64,000 bases of DNA. It comes from Firmicutes bacterium HGW-Firmicutes-11. GTDB lineage: Bacteria; Bacillota; Clostridia; Peptostreptococcales; Anaerovoracaceae. The notes under the pieces are model-generated. The model searched no databases. It saw only the letters and a list, made by a program, of their open reading frames with translations, and was not told the DNA's origin. This document shows, in pieces, positions 39,792 through 49,243 of the stretch (the first letter of the stretch is position 1; the number at the start of each line of letters is the position of its first letter). The stretch covers positions 7,706 through 71,705 of the forward strand of contig PHAE01000004.1 in NCBI GenBank assembly GCA_002840285.1, in the 5' to 3' direction. Position numbers and translations under genes: made by a program.

Positions 39792-39994
39792 GTCGGTTCC
39801 CGTGACCGTCCGGGTCTGTGGTTGCAAGTCCATGCCAGCTACGGGCAAAAGGACCCACGTAAACTGTCCGCATTGCGGCAGCGAGCATGGCGTAGTCTAG
39901 ATATAAGTCCTGACGTCAGCCTTTATGGTTAGATTCAGCGGCAGGCGAGTGTGGGGGCAAAGACCAGGTCAGCCGGACGGTCACGGGAACCGAT
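39792..39994 (+). ncRNA. structured RNA, candidate raiA-motif ncRNA
   Basis: The 20-nt segment CGGTTCCCGTGACCGTCCGG (39794-39813) is perfectly complementary to CCGGACGGTCACGGGAACCG (39973-39992) and encloses about 160 nt of GC-rich non-coding sequence. Location between comFC and hpf (raiA) matches the reported context of raiA-motif RNAs. Strand is assumed from that context. Confidence 0.6.
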
Positions 39995-40392
39995 ATCCAC
40001 AGGCACGAATAGGGTAGGGCTCCGCCGGGAGAAAAGAAAAATATAAATTTATGTGAATATTTATACATGTTAAAAAACATTGAAATACCAACGATAAAGG
40101 CCGGCAATGCCTGCCGAACAAGTGAACGGATGAATATTCACCTCCGCAAATTGTGTCCACAGTAGAATTGTTGCAATTTCAATTATGCACAGAGTTATCC
40201 ACAGTATCAACAGTGCATCACACAACTATAAATACGTTGAAAACGCAAAGCCGTTCGATGAATATTCAGACTATTTGCCAGAGCAGTATTCACGGTTGCT
40301 GTATAAATTTATTTCATTCAAAAAGAGGATTGGCATGACTTTTGTGGTATAAGTAAAGAAAGGTAGTTCTCTATAGTAAAGGGGGTATCATC

Positions 40393-40917
40393 ATGAAAGT
40401 GATCATCACCAGCAAGAATTTTAACGCAAGCGACCACCTGAAGAAGATCATAGAATCCAAATTCGAAAAACTGGGCAAATATTTTTCCAAGGATATCGTT
40501 GCAAACGTGACTCTGTCGATGGAAAAAGGCAGACAAAAAATGGAAGCAACGATCAACGCCAAGGGAACCATTTTCCGCGCTGAAGAAGAAACCAGCGATG
40601 TGTATGCCGGGGTCGACAAAGTCGTCGACAAACTGGCGACCCAGATGTCAAGATTCAAGACAAGACTGCTCAGAAAACATAAAGACAACAAGGAGTTTGC
40701 ATTTGACGATCTTCCGGATTCATCGGAATCGGAAGAGACTGTAGTTGTCAAGAGAAAGAAGTTCGATCTGATTCCTATGACGATAGAAGAAGCCATCATG
40801 CAGATGGAGCTTTTGGAGCACAATTTCTACGTCTTCCTCGACATGGACTCTGAAACGGTAAACGTTGTGTACAAGAGAAAAGACGGAGACTACGGTATTT
40901 TGGAACCCTCCTATTGA
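40393..40917 (+). CDS. hpf: ribosome hibernation promoting factor (long HPF)
   Basis: 174 aa. The N-terminal sigma-54-modulation/RaiA fold (ITSKNF..., LEKLGKYF) and the C-terminal dimerisation domain (KRKKFDL.PM..EEA..QMELL.H.F..F) are typical. Confidence 0.92.
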   Translation: MKVIITSKNFNASDHLKKIIESKFEKLGKYFSKDIVANVTLSMEKGRQKMEATINAKGTIFRAEEETSDVYAGVDKVVDKLATQMSRFKTRLLRKHKDNKEFAFDDLPDSSESEETVVVKRKKFDLIPMTIEEAIMQMELLEHNFYVFLDMDSETVNVVYKRKDGDYGILEPSY

Positions 40918-40935
40918 AGCGAACTTGAAAAGACC

Positions 40936-40964
40936 GGCCGGGACGATGCTCCCGGCCTTTTTTT
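40936..40964 (+). terminator. intrinsic terminator after hpf
   Basis: GGCCGGGA-CGATGC-TCCCGGCC (8-bp GC stem) followed by TTTTTTT. Confidence 0.8.
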
Positions 40965-40967
40965 CTA

Positions 40968-40996
40968 TTGAAACTTGGCTCAAAATTGAGTACAAT
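40968..40996 (+). promoter_or_regulatory. sigma-A-type promoter of the cdaA operon
   Basis: TTGAAA (40968-40973), 17-bp spacer, TACAAT (40991-40996), about 34 nt upstream of the cdaA ATG. Confidence 0.5.
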
Positions 40997-41029
40997 CAAT
41001 AGTATAAGCCACATCGAAAGGAAAGTCAC

Positions 41030-41878
41030 ATGACTGACTTCATCTCCAACATCATATCCGGTTTCGGCATTACCGATGTCATCGACGTGGCCATCGTTGC
41101 TTTTGTTATCTATAAGATCCTCAACTTCATCCGGGAGACCCGGGCTGAGCAGCTGGTCAAAGGACTATTGATCCTGGTGGCTGCCACTTTTTTTTCCGAT
41201 TTGATGAATCTCTACACTTTGAACTGGATCCTCGAAGGCACTTTGACCCTTGGATTGATTGCTTTGATCATCGTATTTCAGCCGGAACTGCGGCGGGCGC
41301 TGGAGTATTTGGGTCGAAGCAAATTTCTTAAGATGCAAGGAGAAATCAATAAAGAAAAAGCCAAGCAGATCACATCTACCATCAGCAAGGCGGTAGATTA
41401 TTTTTCTGTGGGCAAAATCGGTGCGTTGATCATCATGGAACGAGAAATCGCACTGAATGATATTGCAGAGACCGGCACGAAGATCAATGGAGAAATATCG
41501 GCAGAGACTCTGACTGCGATGTTTTATCCCGGCGCTCCGCTTCACGATGGAGCGACCGTGATTCGGGGTGACCGGATCCTGGCTGCCGGTTGTGTTCTCC
41601 CACTGACCCAGAACCGCACCTTGGGAAAAGACCTTGGAACACGACACAGGGCGGGCATCGGAATCACGGAACACTCAGATGCCATAGCAATCATCGTATC
41701 GGAAGAGACTGGGATCATTTCCATTGCGATCGATGGCAAACTGTCACGATTTCTCGATATAAAGACAGTCGAAAAGACGCTCCTGAACATCTATTTGAGC
41801 CAGTTGCCGGATGAGGATGACAGAAATGTCTTCGCCCGGATCTTCCGGCGGAAGGATAAGGTGGACGGGAATGGCTGA
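41030..41878 (+). CDS. cdaA: diadenylate cyclase CdaA
   Basis: Three N-terminal TM helices plus a DAC domain (GALI, DGA, RHRAG motifs). Confidence 0.92.
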   Translation: MTDFISNIISGFGITDVIDVAIVAFVIYKILNFIRETRAEQLVKGLLILVAATFFSDLMNLYTLNWILEGTLTLGLIALIIVFQPELRRALEYLGRSKFLKMQGEINKEKAKQITSTISKAVDYFSVGKIGALIIMEREIALNDIAETGTKINGEISAETLTAMFYPGAPLHDGATVIRGDRILAAGCVLPLTQNRTLGKDLGTRHRAGIGITEHSDAIAIIVSEETGIISIAIDGKLSRFLDIKTVEKTLLNIYLSQLPDEDDRNVFARIFRRKDKVDGNG

Positions 41879-43103
41879 CAAGCGAAAACGGGATAGCTCT
41901 GAGAAGGAAAAAACAATCACGATCATCCTTTCCATTCTTGTGGCTTTGGTTTTGTGGGCTTATGTGCTGGGCGAAGTCAATCCCACGACCCAGCAGACCA
42001 TAGCAAACGTGCCGGTGCAGTTACTCAACATTCAATCGTTGACAGCCCGGGAACTGGCCATTTCCGGTGACGGAAAATATACGGTCAACGTGATCATTGA
42101 AGGAAAACGCTCGGACATCATGAACATCACCGCTCAGGATATCATTGCGGAGGCTGATCTGTTCGGATGGAGCAAGGGTGAAAACTTCGTTCCGGTCAAT
42201 GTGATCGCACCGGAGTCACTGAAGATCCTGGAGGCAAAACCAGCCAAGGTTGAGGTGACGATCGAGGATCTGGTTGCGTTGAGCAAACCGGTCGAAGTGA
42301 TCTTCCGCGGTAATATGCCGGCAGATACGGAAGAGGGAGCCATCGAAGTCAAGCCAGCAGCCATCGAAATCACCGGAGCCAGATCCGAAGTCGAAGCCGT
42401 GACAAGCGTACAGGTGACTGTTGAGGTTGCAGATTTTTCTGCGGAGGGATCTACGGTGCAGGTCATTGCATCAGCGGTCAACTATGCGGGGATGCCGGTG
42501 GAAAACATCAAGCTTTCCGCCAACTATATTCAGGTATTTGCGAAGCTGTTGCGAGTGAAGGAAATTCCTCTCAGTGTCTCGATCGTCGGCGAGTTGGCCG
42601 AGGGGTTAGGAGCCGAGTTGTCCGTACCGGAAACGATCAAGATCAAGGGAACAAAAGGCGTGATCGATGAAATCACTTCGATCGATGCGGAACCGGTAGA
42701 CGTTACTGGCGTCACCGGGAACGGAACAGTCTCTGTGAAAGTCATACTACCAGAAGGTGTTGAATTGGCGAAGGGATATGAAAACATCCAGGCGGGAGTC
42801 GTCGTCGAACAGATCAGTACCAAGGTGTTCGAGTATGCTGCCGATGAAATCGTTTTGGAAGGATTGACAGCAGGAAAAAGCGTAACCATTCAGATCGCTT
42901 CTGTGGAAGTAAAAGTAACGGGAAGGATCGATATCGTCGATCAACTGGAGAAGGAAGATCTGATCCTATACATCGATACAGAAGAACTGGCGGAAGGTAT
43001 ACAAAACGTGACGATCAAGGCATCCCACGAGGTGGCGCTTCATACGGTGACGATCCTTCCGGAAGAAGTCACGATCGAGTTGCTACAGACAGGACAGGAG
43101 TAA
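41871..43103 (+). CDS. cdaR: CdaA regulatory protein CdaR (YbbR-domain repeats)
   Basis: ATG 41871 overlaps the cdaA stop (ATGGCTGA). N-terminal TM anchor followed by four repeated YbbR-like beta-rich modules. Conserved position between cdaA and glmM. Confidence 0.8.
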   Translation: MADKRKRDSSEKEKTITIILSILVALVLWAYVLGEVNPTTQQTIANVPVQLLNIQSLTARELAISGDGKYTVNVIIEGKRSDIMNITAQDIIAEADLFGWSKGENFVPVNVIAPESLKILEAKPAKVEVTIEDLVALSKPVEVIFRGNMPADTEEGAIEVKPAAIEITGARSEVEAVTSVQVTVEVADFSAEGSTVQVIASAVNYAGMPVENIKLSANYIQVFAKLLRVKEIPLSVSIVGELAEGLGAELSVPETIKIKGTKGVIDEITSIDAEPVDVTGVTGNGTVSVKVILPEGVELAKGYENIQAGVVVEQISTKVFEYAADEIVLEGLTAGKSVTIQIASVEVKVTGRIDIVDQLEKEDLILYIDTEELAEGIQNVTIKASHEVALHTVTILPEEVTIELLQTGQE

Positions 43104-43107
43104 ATCA

Positions 43108-44457
43108 ATGAGCAGACTATTCGGAACCGACGGAGTGCGTGGAATAGCCAACTCGGAATTGACGCCGGAGTTGGCTTTTAATCTTGGAAAGGCCGGAGCT
43201 CATGTGCTGAGCAAAAGCGTTGACCGACCGGTGGTACTCATCGGCAAAGACACCAGGATCTCAGGTGATATGCTGGAGGATGCCATAAGCGCCGGCATTC
43301 TTGCAATGGGTGGAGATGTGGTAAAGGCAGGCGTCCTTCCCACCCCGGCGATCGCTTACCTGGTGCGACAGCAGAACGCGACGGCTGGCGTCGTGATTTC
43401 CGCATCCCACAATCCATTTGAGTACAATGGGATCAAATTTTTCAACAGTGATGGCTTTAAGTTGGATGACGACCTGGAAGACGAAATCGAGGACATCATC
43501 GTTCGCAACATTGACGTCAACAGCCACATCACAGGAGAAAAGATCGGCCGCTCCATCAAAGCGGAGGAAAATGCAGCAGCCACTTACGCAGAGTTTTTGA
43601 AAGGCACCACAGATACCAAATTGAATGGCATGAAGATCGTCCTTGATTGTGCCAATGGCGCTGCGTTTCGGATCGCGGAATCCGTATTTCGGGATTTGGG
43701 AGCCGAAGTCATAGTCCTGGCCAATACGCCGGACGGCAGAAACATAAATGAAAACTGCGGATCGACCCATCCTGCAGCTCTTCAGAAAAAAGTGACGGAA
43801 GTGAAGGCAGACTTGGGGCTGGCCTTTGACGGGGATGCGGACCGACTGATCGCCGTAGATGAAAAGGGACGCACCGTCGACGGGGATCGGATGCTGTATA
43901 TTTCTGCAAAAATGCTTCTGGATGAGGACAAACTCGTCGACCGTAAAGTAACAGCAACGGTCATGAGCAATCTGGGATTCCATAAAGCGATCCAAGGGAT
44001 CGGATGCACCGTCGACGTCACGTCTGTCGGTGACCGTTATGTTCTTGAACAGATGCGCAAAACCGGTTGTGTCTTGGGGGGAGAGCAATCCGGTCATATC
44101 ATATTTCTGGAACACAGTACTACGGGAGATGGGATCTTATCCGCCATCCAGTTGACGAAGGCCATGGTAAAAAGCAAAAAAGCACTGTCGATTCTGGCGG
44201 AGGAATTGACCATTTATCCTCAGGTGTTGAAGAATGCCATCGTGAAAAACGAGAACAAGAAAAAGTATGAAAGCGATCCGGAAATCCTGGAGGAGATCCG
44301 CAGGATCGAGAGCGAGATGGCCGGCCTCGGGAGAGTACTGATCCGGCCTTCGGGAACGGAGCCGCTGGTTCGGGTCATGCTGGAGGGCGAAGACCTGGAG
44401 CATATCACTGCAGTAGCAGAAGGTCTGGCGACCCTCATCACCAGACGGATGGGATAA
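43108..44457 (+). CDS. glmM: phosphoglucosamine mutase
   Basis: 449 aa. LFGTDGVRG N-terminus, active-site SASHNP, metal site DGDADR. Confidence 0.95.
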   Translation: MSRLFGTDGVRGIANSELTPELAFNLGKAGAHVLSKSVDRPVVLIGKDTRISGDMLEDAISAGILAMGGDVVKAGVLPTPAIAYLVRQQNATAGVVISASHNPFEYNGIKFFNSDGFKLDDDLEDEIEDIIVRNIDVNSHITGEKIGRSIKAEENAAATYAEFLKGTTDTKLNGMKIVLDCANGAAFRIAESVFRDLGAEVIVLANTPDGRNINENCGSTHPAALQKKVTEVKADLGLAFDGDADRLIAVDEKGRTVDGDRMLYISAKMLLDEDKLVDRKVTATVMSNLGFHKAIQGIGCTVDVTSVGDRYVLEQMRKTGCVLGGEQSGHIIFLEHSTTGDGILSAIQLTKAMVKSKKALSILAEELTIYPQVLKNAIVKNENKKKYESDPEILEEIRRIESEMAGLGRVLIRPSGTEPLVRVMLEGEDLEHITAVAEGLATLITRRMG

Positions 44458-44470
44458 CAGGAGGAGTATT

Positions 44471-46300
44471 ATGTGCGGGATCGTTGGTTACATCGGAGAC
44501 GGACATGCAAAAGATATCATTATCGAAGGACTGAAAAAACTCGAATATCGGGGATATGATTCCTCTGGTATTGCCCTTTACATCGACGGAAAGATCCAGG
44601 TACGAAAACAGATGGGTCGGATCGCAAATCTCGAGGCCGTGATCACAGAGAAGGAATTTGACAGCCATCTTGGGATCGGCCACACTCGTTGGGCGACCCA
44701 TGGCGCGCCTTCCGATGTCAACGCTCATCCCCACGGCAACGGAGACGAGACCGTTGCAGTGGTTCACAACGGAATCATCGAAAATTACGTGGAACTGAGG
44801 GAATGGCTGTCTCGGGAGCATGGCGTGAAGTTTCGCTCGGAGACTGACACAGAAGTCATCGCCCATCTGATCGGCATCTATTATGACGGAGATCTGGTGG
44901 ATGCCGTCTATCGTGCAGTGGAAAAGATGAAGGGCGCTTATGCCATCGGTGTGGTATCCAGCCATGAACCGGACAAGATCGTCGCGGTCAGAAAAGACAG
45001 TCCTCTCGTCGCCGGACTTGGGGAAGGATGCAACTTTATCGCATCGGACATACCGGCATTGCTGCGCCATGTCCGAAAAATCTATCTCATTGAAAACAAC
45101 GAAGTCGTCGTTCTTACGACTGGCGACATCAAGATATTCAACCAGGATCGGAAGGAAGTTCATAGAGAAGTGTTCCACGTCACATGGGATGCCGCTTCCG
45201 CGGAAAAAGACGGATTCGATCACTTTATGCTGAAAGAGATCCACGAACAACCGAAAGCCATCGAAGAGACACTGTCCCGTCGCCTGGACGCTGACGGCCT
45301 CGTCAAATTAGATGGGATCAGGATGACGAAGGAGGACATCGAGTCCTTCCAAAAAGTATATATCGTAGCTTGCGGAACCGCATACCATGCGGGACTGATC
45401 GGTAAACATGCAATCGAAAAGTTGGCGAAGATCCCGGTCGAAGTCGATGTCGCGTCGGAGTTCCGCTATCGCGATCCCTTTGTGGACGACAAGACACTTT
45501 TCATCGCCATAAGCCAGTCCGGCGAGACACTTGATACACTTGCCGCGCTGCGGGAAGCAAAACGGAAAGGCGCCAGAGTACTCTCTGTGGTCAACGTAGT
45601 GGGAAGTTCCGTCGCTCGGGAATCCGACGACGTATTTTACACCTGGGCTGGTCCGGAGATTGCCGTCGCTTCCACCAAAGCCTATACGACCCAACTGGTC
45701 TGCATGTACCTCATCGCTCTATTTATGGGACGTACAAAAGGTTCTCTGGATGTAGAAACCTACCAGTCTGTCATAAGAGAACTTTCGGCCATCCCGGAAA
45801 AACTCCGCGGCCTTTTGACCAAAGAAGAGGAGATCGACGCCATCGCAAAGGACCTGTATCGCTGTGAGAGCGTGTTTTTCATCGGGCGTGGTCCCGATGC
45901 CAGCGTTTCCTTCGAGGGCTCCCTGAAACTCAAAGAAATATCGTACATCAATTCCTTCGCGGTCGCTGCCGGAGAACTGAAGCATGGCACCATCGCTCTC
46001 ATAGAACAGGGCACTGTTGTGATCGCGCTTGCGACCCAGGAACGGTTGTTTGACAAAATGCTTTCGAATATACAGGAAGTCAAAGCTCGGGGGGCGAGGG
46101 TCCTGGGCATTGCCAAGGAAGGAAACGTCGGCATGGAACAGCAAGCCGACTGGATGATAACGATTCCCGACTGCCACGACGATGTTGCACCATTGATGTC
46201 TGTTGTTCCTCTGCAACTCCTGGCTTACCATATCGCCAAGTTGCGCGGGTGCGACATCGACAAACCGAAGAATCTGGCGAAATCAGTGACCGTAGAGTAA
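44471..46300 (+). CDS. glmS: glutamine--fructose-6-phosphate aminotransferase
   Basis: 609 aa. MCGIVGY Ntn start, two SIS domains, and C-terminal ...LAKSVTVE. Confidence 0.97.
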   Translation: MCGIVGYIGDGHAKDIIIEGLKKLEYRGYDSSGIALYIDGKIQVRKQMGRIANLEAVITEKEFDSHLGIGHTRWATHGAPSDVNAHPHGNGDETVAVVHNGIIENYVELREWLSREHGVKFRSETDTEVIAHLIGIYYDGDLVDAVYRAVEKMKGAYAIGVVSSHEPDKIVAVRKDSPLVAGLGEGCNFIASDIPALLRHVRKIYLIENNEVVVLTTGDIKIFNQDRKEVHREVFHVTWDAASAEKDGFDHFMLKEIHEQPKAIEETLSRRLDADGLVKLDGIRMTKEDIESFQKVYIVACGTAYHAGLIGKHAIEKLAKIPVEVDVASEFRYRDPFVDDKTLFIAISQSGETLDTLAALREAKRKGARVLSVVNVVGSSVARESDDVFYTWAGPEIAVASTKAYTTQLVCMYLIALFMGRTKGSLDVETYQSVIRELSAIPEKLRGLLTKEEEIDAIAKDLYRCESVFFIGRGPDASVSFEGSLKLKEISYINSFAVAAGELKHGTIALIEQGTVVIALATQERLFDKMLSNIQEVKARGARVLGIAKEGNVGMEQQADWMITIPDCHDDVAPLMSVVPLQLLAYHIAKLRGCDIDKPKNLAKSVTVE

Positions 46301-46328
46301 GGAAACAAGTTGAAAAGAGGTGTAAAGG

Positions 46329-46883
46329 ATGAAGAACAAACCTGCCATCGTCCTGTCTCTGCTTCTGATGTTGAGTCTCCTTGCAATAGGTGGCTGCGGT
46401 CAGCCGGTCGAACCGACACCGGAACCGCCTGACACAATGACCTATGATGTCGTATTGTATTTCACCAATATGGAGTATGTGGAAACCGGCGACCAGAGTC
46501 TTCCGGTATTATTGACGGAAACCTCCGAGATCGAGGTCGGAGCGGAGGAAGAGCCATATCATGTATTGCTGAAGGCCTTGTCCACCCCGGTGGAAGAAGC
46601 TCACGGGACGATGATCAGTGAGCAATTGGTGATCCACAAAGTGGCTTACAGCCCAGAGGGATCGGATCTTCTGCTCGTAGATCTCGCAAAAGAAGGGTTG
46701 ACCGGCGGATCTCTTGGCGAGTCTCTTCTCATCAGCCAAATCGTCGAAACGTTGCTTGCTAATGAAAGTTTGGCAGGCGACCGTCCAACACCGACCCGTG
46801 TCCAGTTTCTGGTTGACGGAGAGATCGTCGAAAGCCTGATGGGACATATCGACGCAAGCGCACCCTTCGAAAGCAAACAGTGA
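46329..46883 (+). CDS. GerMN domain lipoprotein (sporulation/germination-associated)
   Basis: Lipobox LAIGGC followed by a single GerMN-like domain (VVLYF....LL.AL......GT...). Confidence 0.7.
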   Translation: MKNKPAIVLSLLLMLSLLAIGGCGQPVEPTPEPPDTMTYDVVLYFTNMEYVETGDQSLPVLLTETSEIEVGAEEEPYHVLLKALSTPVEEAHGTMISEQLVIHKVAYSPEGSDLLLVDLAKEGLTGGSLGESLLISQIVETLLANESLAGDRPTPTRVQFLVDGEIVESLMGHIDASAPFESKQ

Positions 46884-46916
46884 TCAGCCGCATCGACCGG
46901 CGGAAAGACAATAAAA

Positions 46917-47957
46917 ATGAAAGACAGCAAAGGATATTTTCGCGGATGTCTGCTGGGGGGCGCAGTGGGAGATGCACTGGGTCATCCGGTTGAGTCGCTG
47001 ACTTTGGACGAGATCAAGAACCGTTTTGGAGCCGATGGGATCCGCAATCCCATTCGAAGCGAAGTCACGGGAAAAGCATTGATCTCTGATGCGACGCAGA
47101 TGACCATATTTACTGTAGATGGGCTTCTGTGGGCGGACAGCCGTGCAAGAAACAAGGGTCTATACGCGTATGTGCCCTGTGTGTTTTACGCATACCAGAA
47201 GTGGTACTTTACCCAAACCGGACATTTTGCCGACAAGGATTACGAATTCCTATTAAAAGGGGAAGTGCTGGAATGGGAAGAGCTTTTTGTCCGCAGGGCT
47301 CCCGAGACAGCAACTTTGGATGCCTTGGCCGGAAGTATCCGGAGCAAATATGGAACGACACGGAATCGAATCAACAGCAGTCAGGGATGTGGTGCCGTCG
47401 TACGCACTGCGCCGGTTGGAATGTACTTTTTGGCCGATCCGGAGAAGGCGTTTCAAATCGGAATCGAAACAGGTGCTTTGACCCATGGTCATCCGGACAG
47501 TTATCTGACAGCAGGATTCTTTGCGGAAACGATCGCCCTGATCCTATCCGGATTGGAACTGGAACAAGCCATCACAACGGCACTTCAGACGTTGAAGCGT
47601 AAAAAGGAAGGCAAGACCTCCTTCGAACTGATAAGCAGAGCGCTTGCCGCCGCGACGTCTGACCGGGATCCAAAGCTTGTCATGGAGGACCTGGGAGACG
47701 GTTGGACCGGTGGAGAAGCCATGGCCCGAGGACTTTATTGCGCTTTGAGACACCGGGATGACTTTGAGAATGCAGTCTGTCTTGCGGTCAACCAAAACGG
47801 AAACATCAGCGATCCGGCAGCGATCTGTGGGAATCTTCTCGGCGCTTCCCTTGGGAGTCTTGAGATCCCCTATCCATGGATCCGCGATGTGGAGCTTTCA
47901 GATCTGATGGTCCACGGATCCGACAAGCTGTTGAAAGCGGCGAAAGATACAATATAA
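46917..47957 (+). CDS. ADP-ribosylglycohydrolase family protein
   Basis: 346 aa. N-terminal GCLLGGAVGDALG and C-terminal metal-binding Asp-rich motifs of the ARH/DraG fold. Confidence 0.85.
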   Translation: MKDSKGYFRGCLLGGAVGDALGHPVESLTLDEIKNRFGADGIRNPIRSEVTGKALISDATQMTIFTVDGLLWADSRARNKGLYAYVPCVFYAYQKWYFTQTGHFADKDYEFLLKGEVLEWEELFVRRAPETATLDALAGSIRSKYGTTRNRINSSQGCGAVVRTAPVGMYFLADPEKAFQIGIETGALTHGHPDSYLTAGFFAETIALILSGLELEQAITTALQTLKRKKEGKTSFELISRALAAATSDRDPKLVMEDLGDGWTGGEAMARGLYCALRHRDDFENAVCLAVNQNGNISDPAAICGNLLGASLGSLEIPYPWIRDVELSDLMVHGSDKLLKAAKDTI

Positions 47958-47982
47958 ATGTAAGTGCAAAGGAGCAAAACAG

Positions 47983-49230
47983 ATGAATCACGAAGTCAGA
48001 GATATCAGTTTAGCAAAAAGTGGACGGCAGAAAATCGAATGGGTTGCGGCAAACATGCCGATGCTTTCCGCGCTCCACCGTGAATTTGCAGAAACAAAGC
48101 CGTTTGCTGGGGTCAAAATTTCACTGTCAGTGCATCTGGAGGCAAAAACAGCTTATCTTTGCGAAGTTCTTGCAGCAGGCGGCGCCAGTATGAGCATCAC
48201 CGGAAGCAATGTATTGTCAACTCAGGATGATGTCGCGGCTGCGTTGGCAGAAGCGGGACTCCGGGTCTATGCATATCATGGAGCGACGCCGGAAGAATAT
48301 CGCCGGCATCTGGAAATGACACTTTCACATCGTCCCAATATTATAATCGACGATGGCGCAGATTTGGTCAGTTTGATCCATCAGAGCCGACCGGAGCTGG
48401 GAAGCGAGGTTTGGGGCGGATGTGAAGAGACGACGACCGGCGTGGTCCGACTAAAGGCGATGGAGCATCAGGGAATCCTCAAATTCCCGATGGTAGCGGT
48501 AAATGACGCCAAGTGCAAGCATCTGTTCGACAACCGATATGGGACCGGGCAATCGGTGTGGGACAGCATCATGCGAAACACTAATTTACTGATAGCAGGC
48601 AAGCAGGTAGTGGTAGCAGGATACGGATGGTGCTCTAAAGGGATCGCCATGCGGGCAAAGGCGCTGGGGGCGAAGGTCATCGTGACCGAGATCGATCCGA
48701 TTTGTGCGATGGAAGCCATCATGGACGGCTTTGTCGTTTTGCCGATGGAAGAAGCGGCACCTTTGGGAGATATCTTCATCTCCGCGACCGGAAACAAAAA
48801 AGTGATCACCGTCGAGCATATGCTGACGATGAAAGACAGAGCCATTCTGTCCAACGCAGGCCACTTCAATGTCGAAGTCGACATGGCAGGCCTGGAAGAA
48901 GCTGCAGTAGAGAAACGAGAATTTCGTAATAATGTGATGGGATATCGTCTGAAAAACGACCGCTGGATGATGGTCCTTGCAGAAGGCCGTCTGGTGAACA
49001 TTGCGGCAGCCGACGGCCATCCTGCGGAAGTAATGGATCTGAGCTTTGCGGTACAGGTGCTTTCCGCCTTATATATAAAGGAAAACAAAGGGTCGCTGGA
49101 GAACAGAGTCATCGATGTATCCGCAGAAATCGACGACCGGATCGCTAGAAGAGTCCTTGGAGCATGGGGCGTCAGGATCGACACCTTGACCCGGGAGCAG
49201 ATCGATTACCAGAACAGTTGGGACATATAG
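47983..49230 (+). CDS. ahcY: adenosylhomocysteinase
   Basis: 415 aa. DISLA..G...I.W N-terminus, NAD-binding VVVAGYGWCSKG, and SAH hydrolase signature motifs. Confidence 0.93.
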   Translation: MNHEVRDISLAKSGRQKIEWVAANMPMLSALHREFAETKPFAGVKISLSVHLEAKTAYLCEVLAAGGASMSITGSNVLSTQDDVAAALAEAGLRVYAYHGATPEEYRRHLEMTLSHRPNIIIDDGADLVSLIHQSRPELGSEVWGGCEETTTGVVRLKAMEHQGILKFPMVAVNDAKCKHLFDNRYGTGQSVWDSIMRNTNLLIAGKQVVVAGYGWCSKGIAMRAKALGAKVIVTEIDPICAMEAIMDGFVVLPMEEAAPLGDIFISATGNKKVITVEHMLTMKDRAILSNAGHFNVEVDMAGLEEAAVEKREFRNNVMGYRLKNDRWMMVLAEGRLVNIAAADGHPAEVMDLSFAVQVLSALYIKENKGSLENRVIDVSAEIDDRIARRVLGAWGVRIDTLTREQIDYQNSWDI

Positions 49231-49243
49231 AAAGAGGACAAAA

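Noticed and set aside
39993-40203. Replication origin (oriC), suggested by a perfect DnaA box and an AT-rich tract
   Set aside because: Only one perfect and two imperfect boxes. No dnaA, dnaN or rpmH context. The flanking genes (comFC, hpf) are not origin-associated. Kept only as a low-interest regulatory observation.
40235-40250. CcpA cre-like site TTGAAAACGCAAAGCC upstream of hpf
   Set aside because: It matches only the left half and centre of the cre consensus. The right half-site (NNCW) fails, so it is not reportable.
40383-40388. SigB-type -10 (GGGTAT) in front of hpf
   Set aside because: It lies within the RBS, 5 nt upstream of the start codon. No GTTTAA -35 is present at the right distance, and no 5'-UTR would remain.
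44458-44470. glmS ribozyme upstream of glmS
   Set aside because: The intergenic gap is 13 nt and holds only an RBS. There is no space for the roughly 170-nt ribozyme.
47958-47982. SAH riboswitch upstream of ahcY, and purine riboswitch upstream of guaB (near 21749)
   Set aside because: The gap before ahcY is 25 nt. guaB overlaps the preceding gene by 4 nt. No space for an aptamer in either case.
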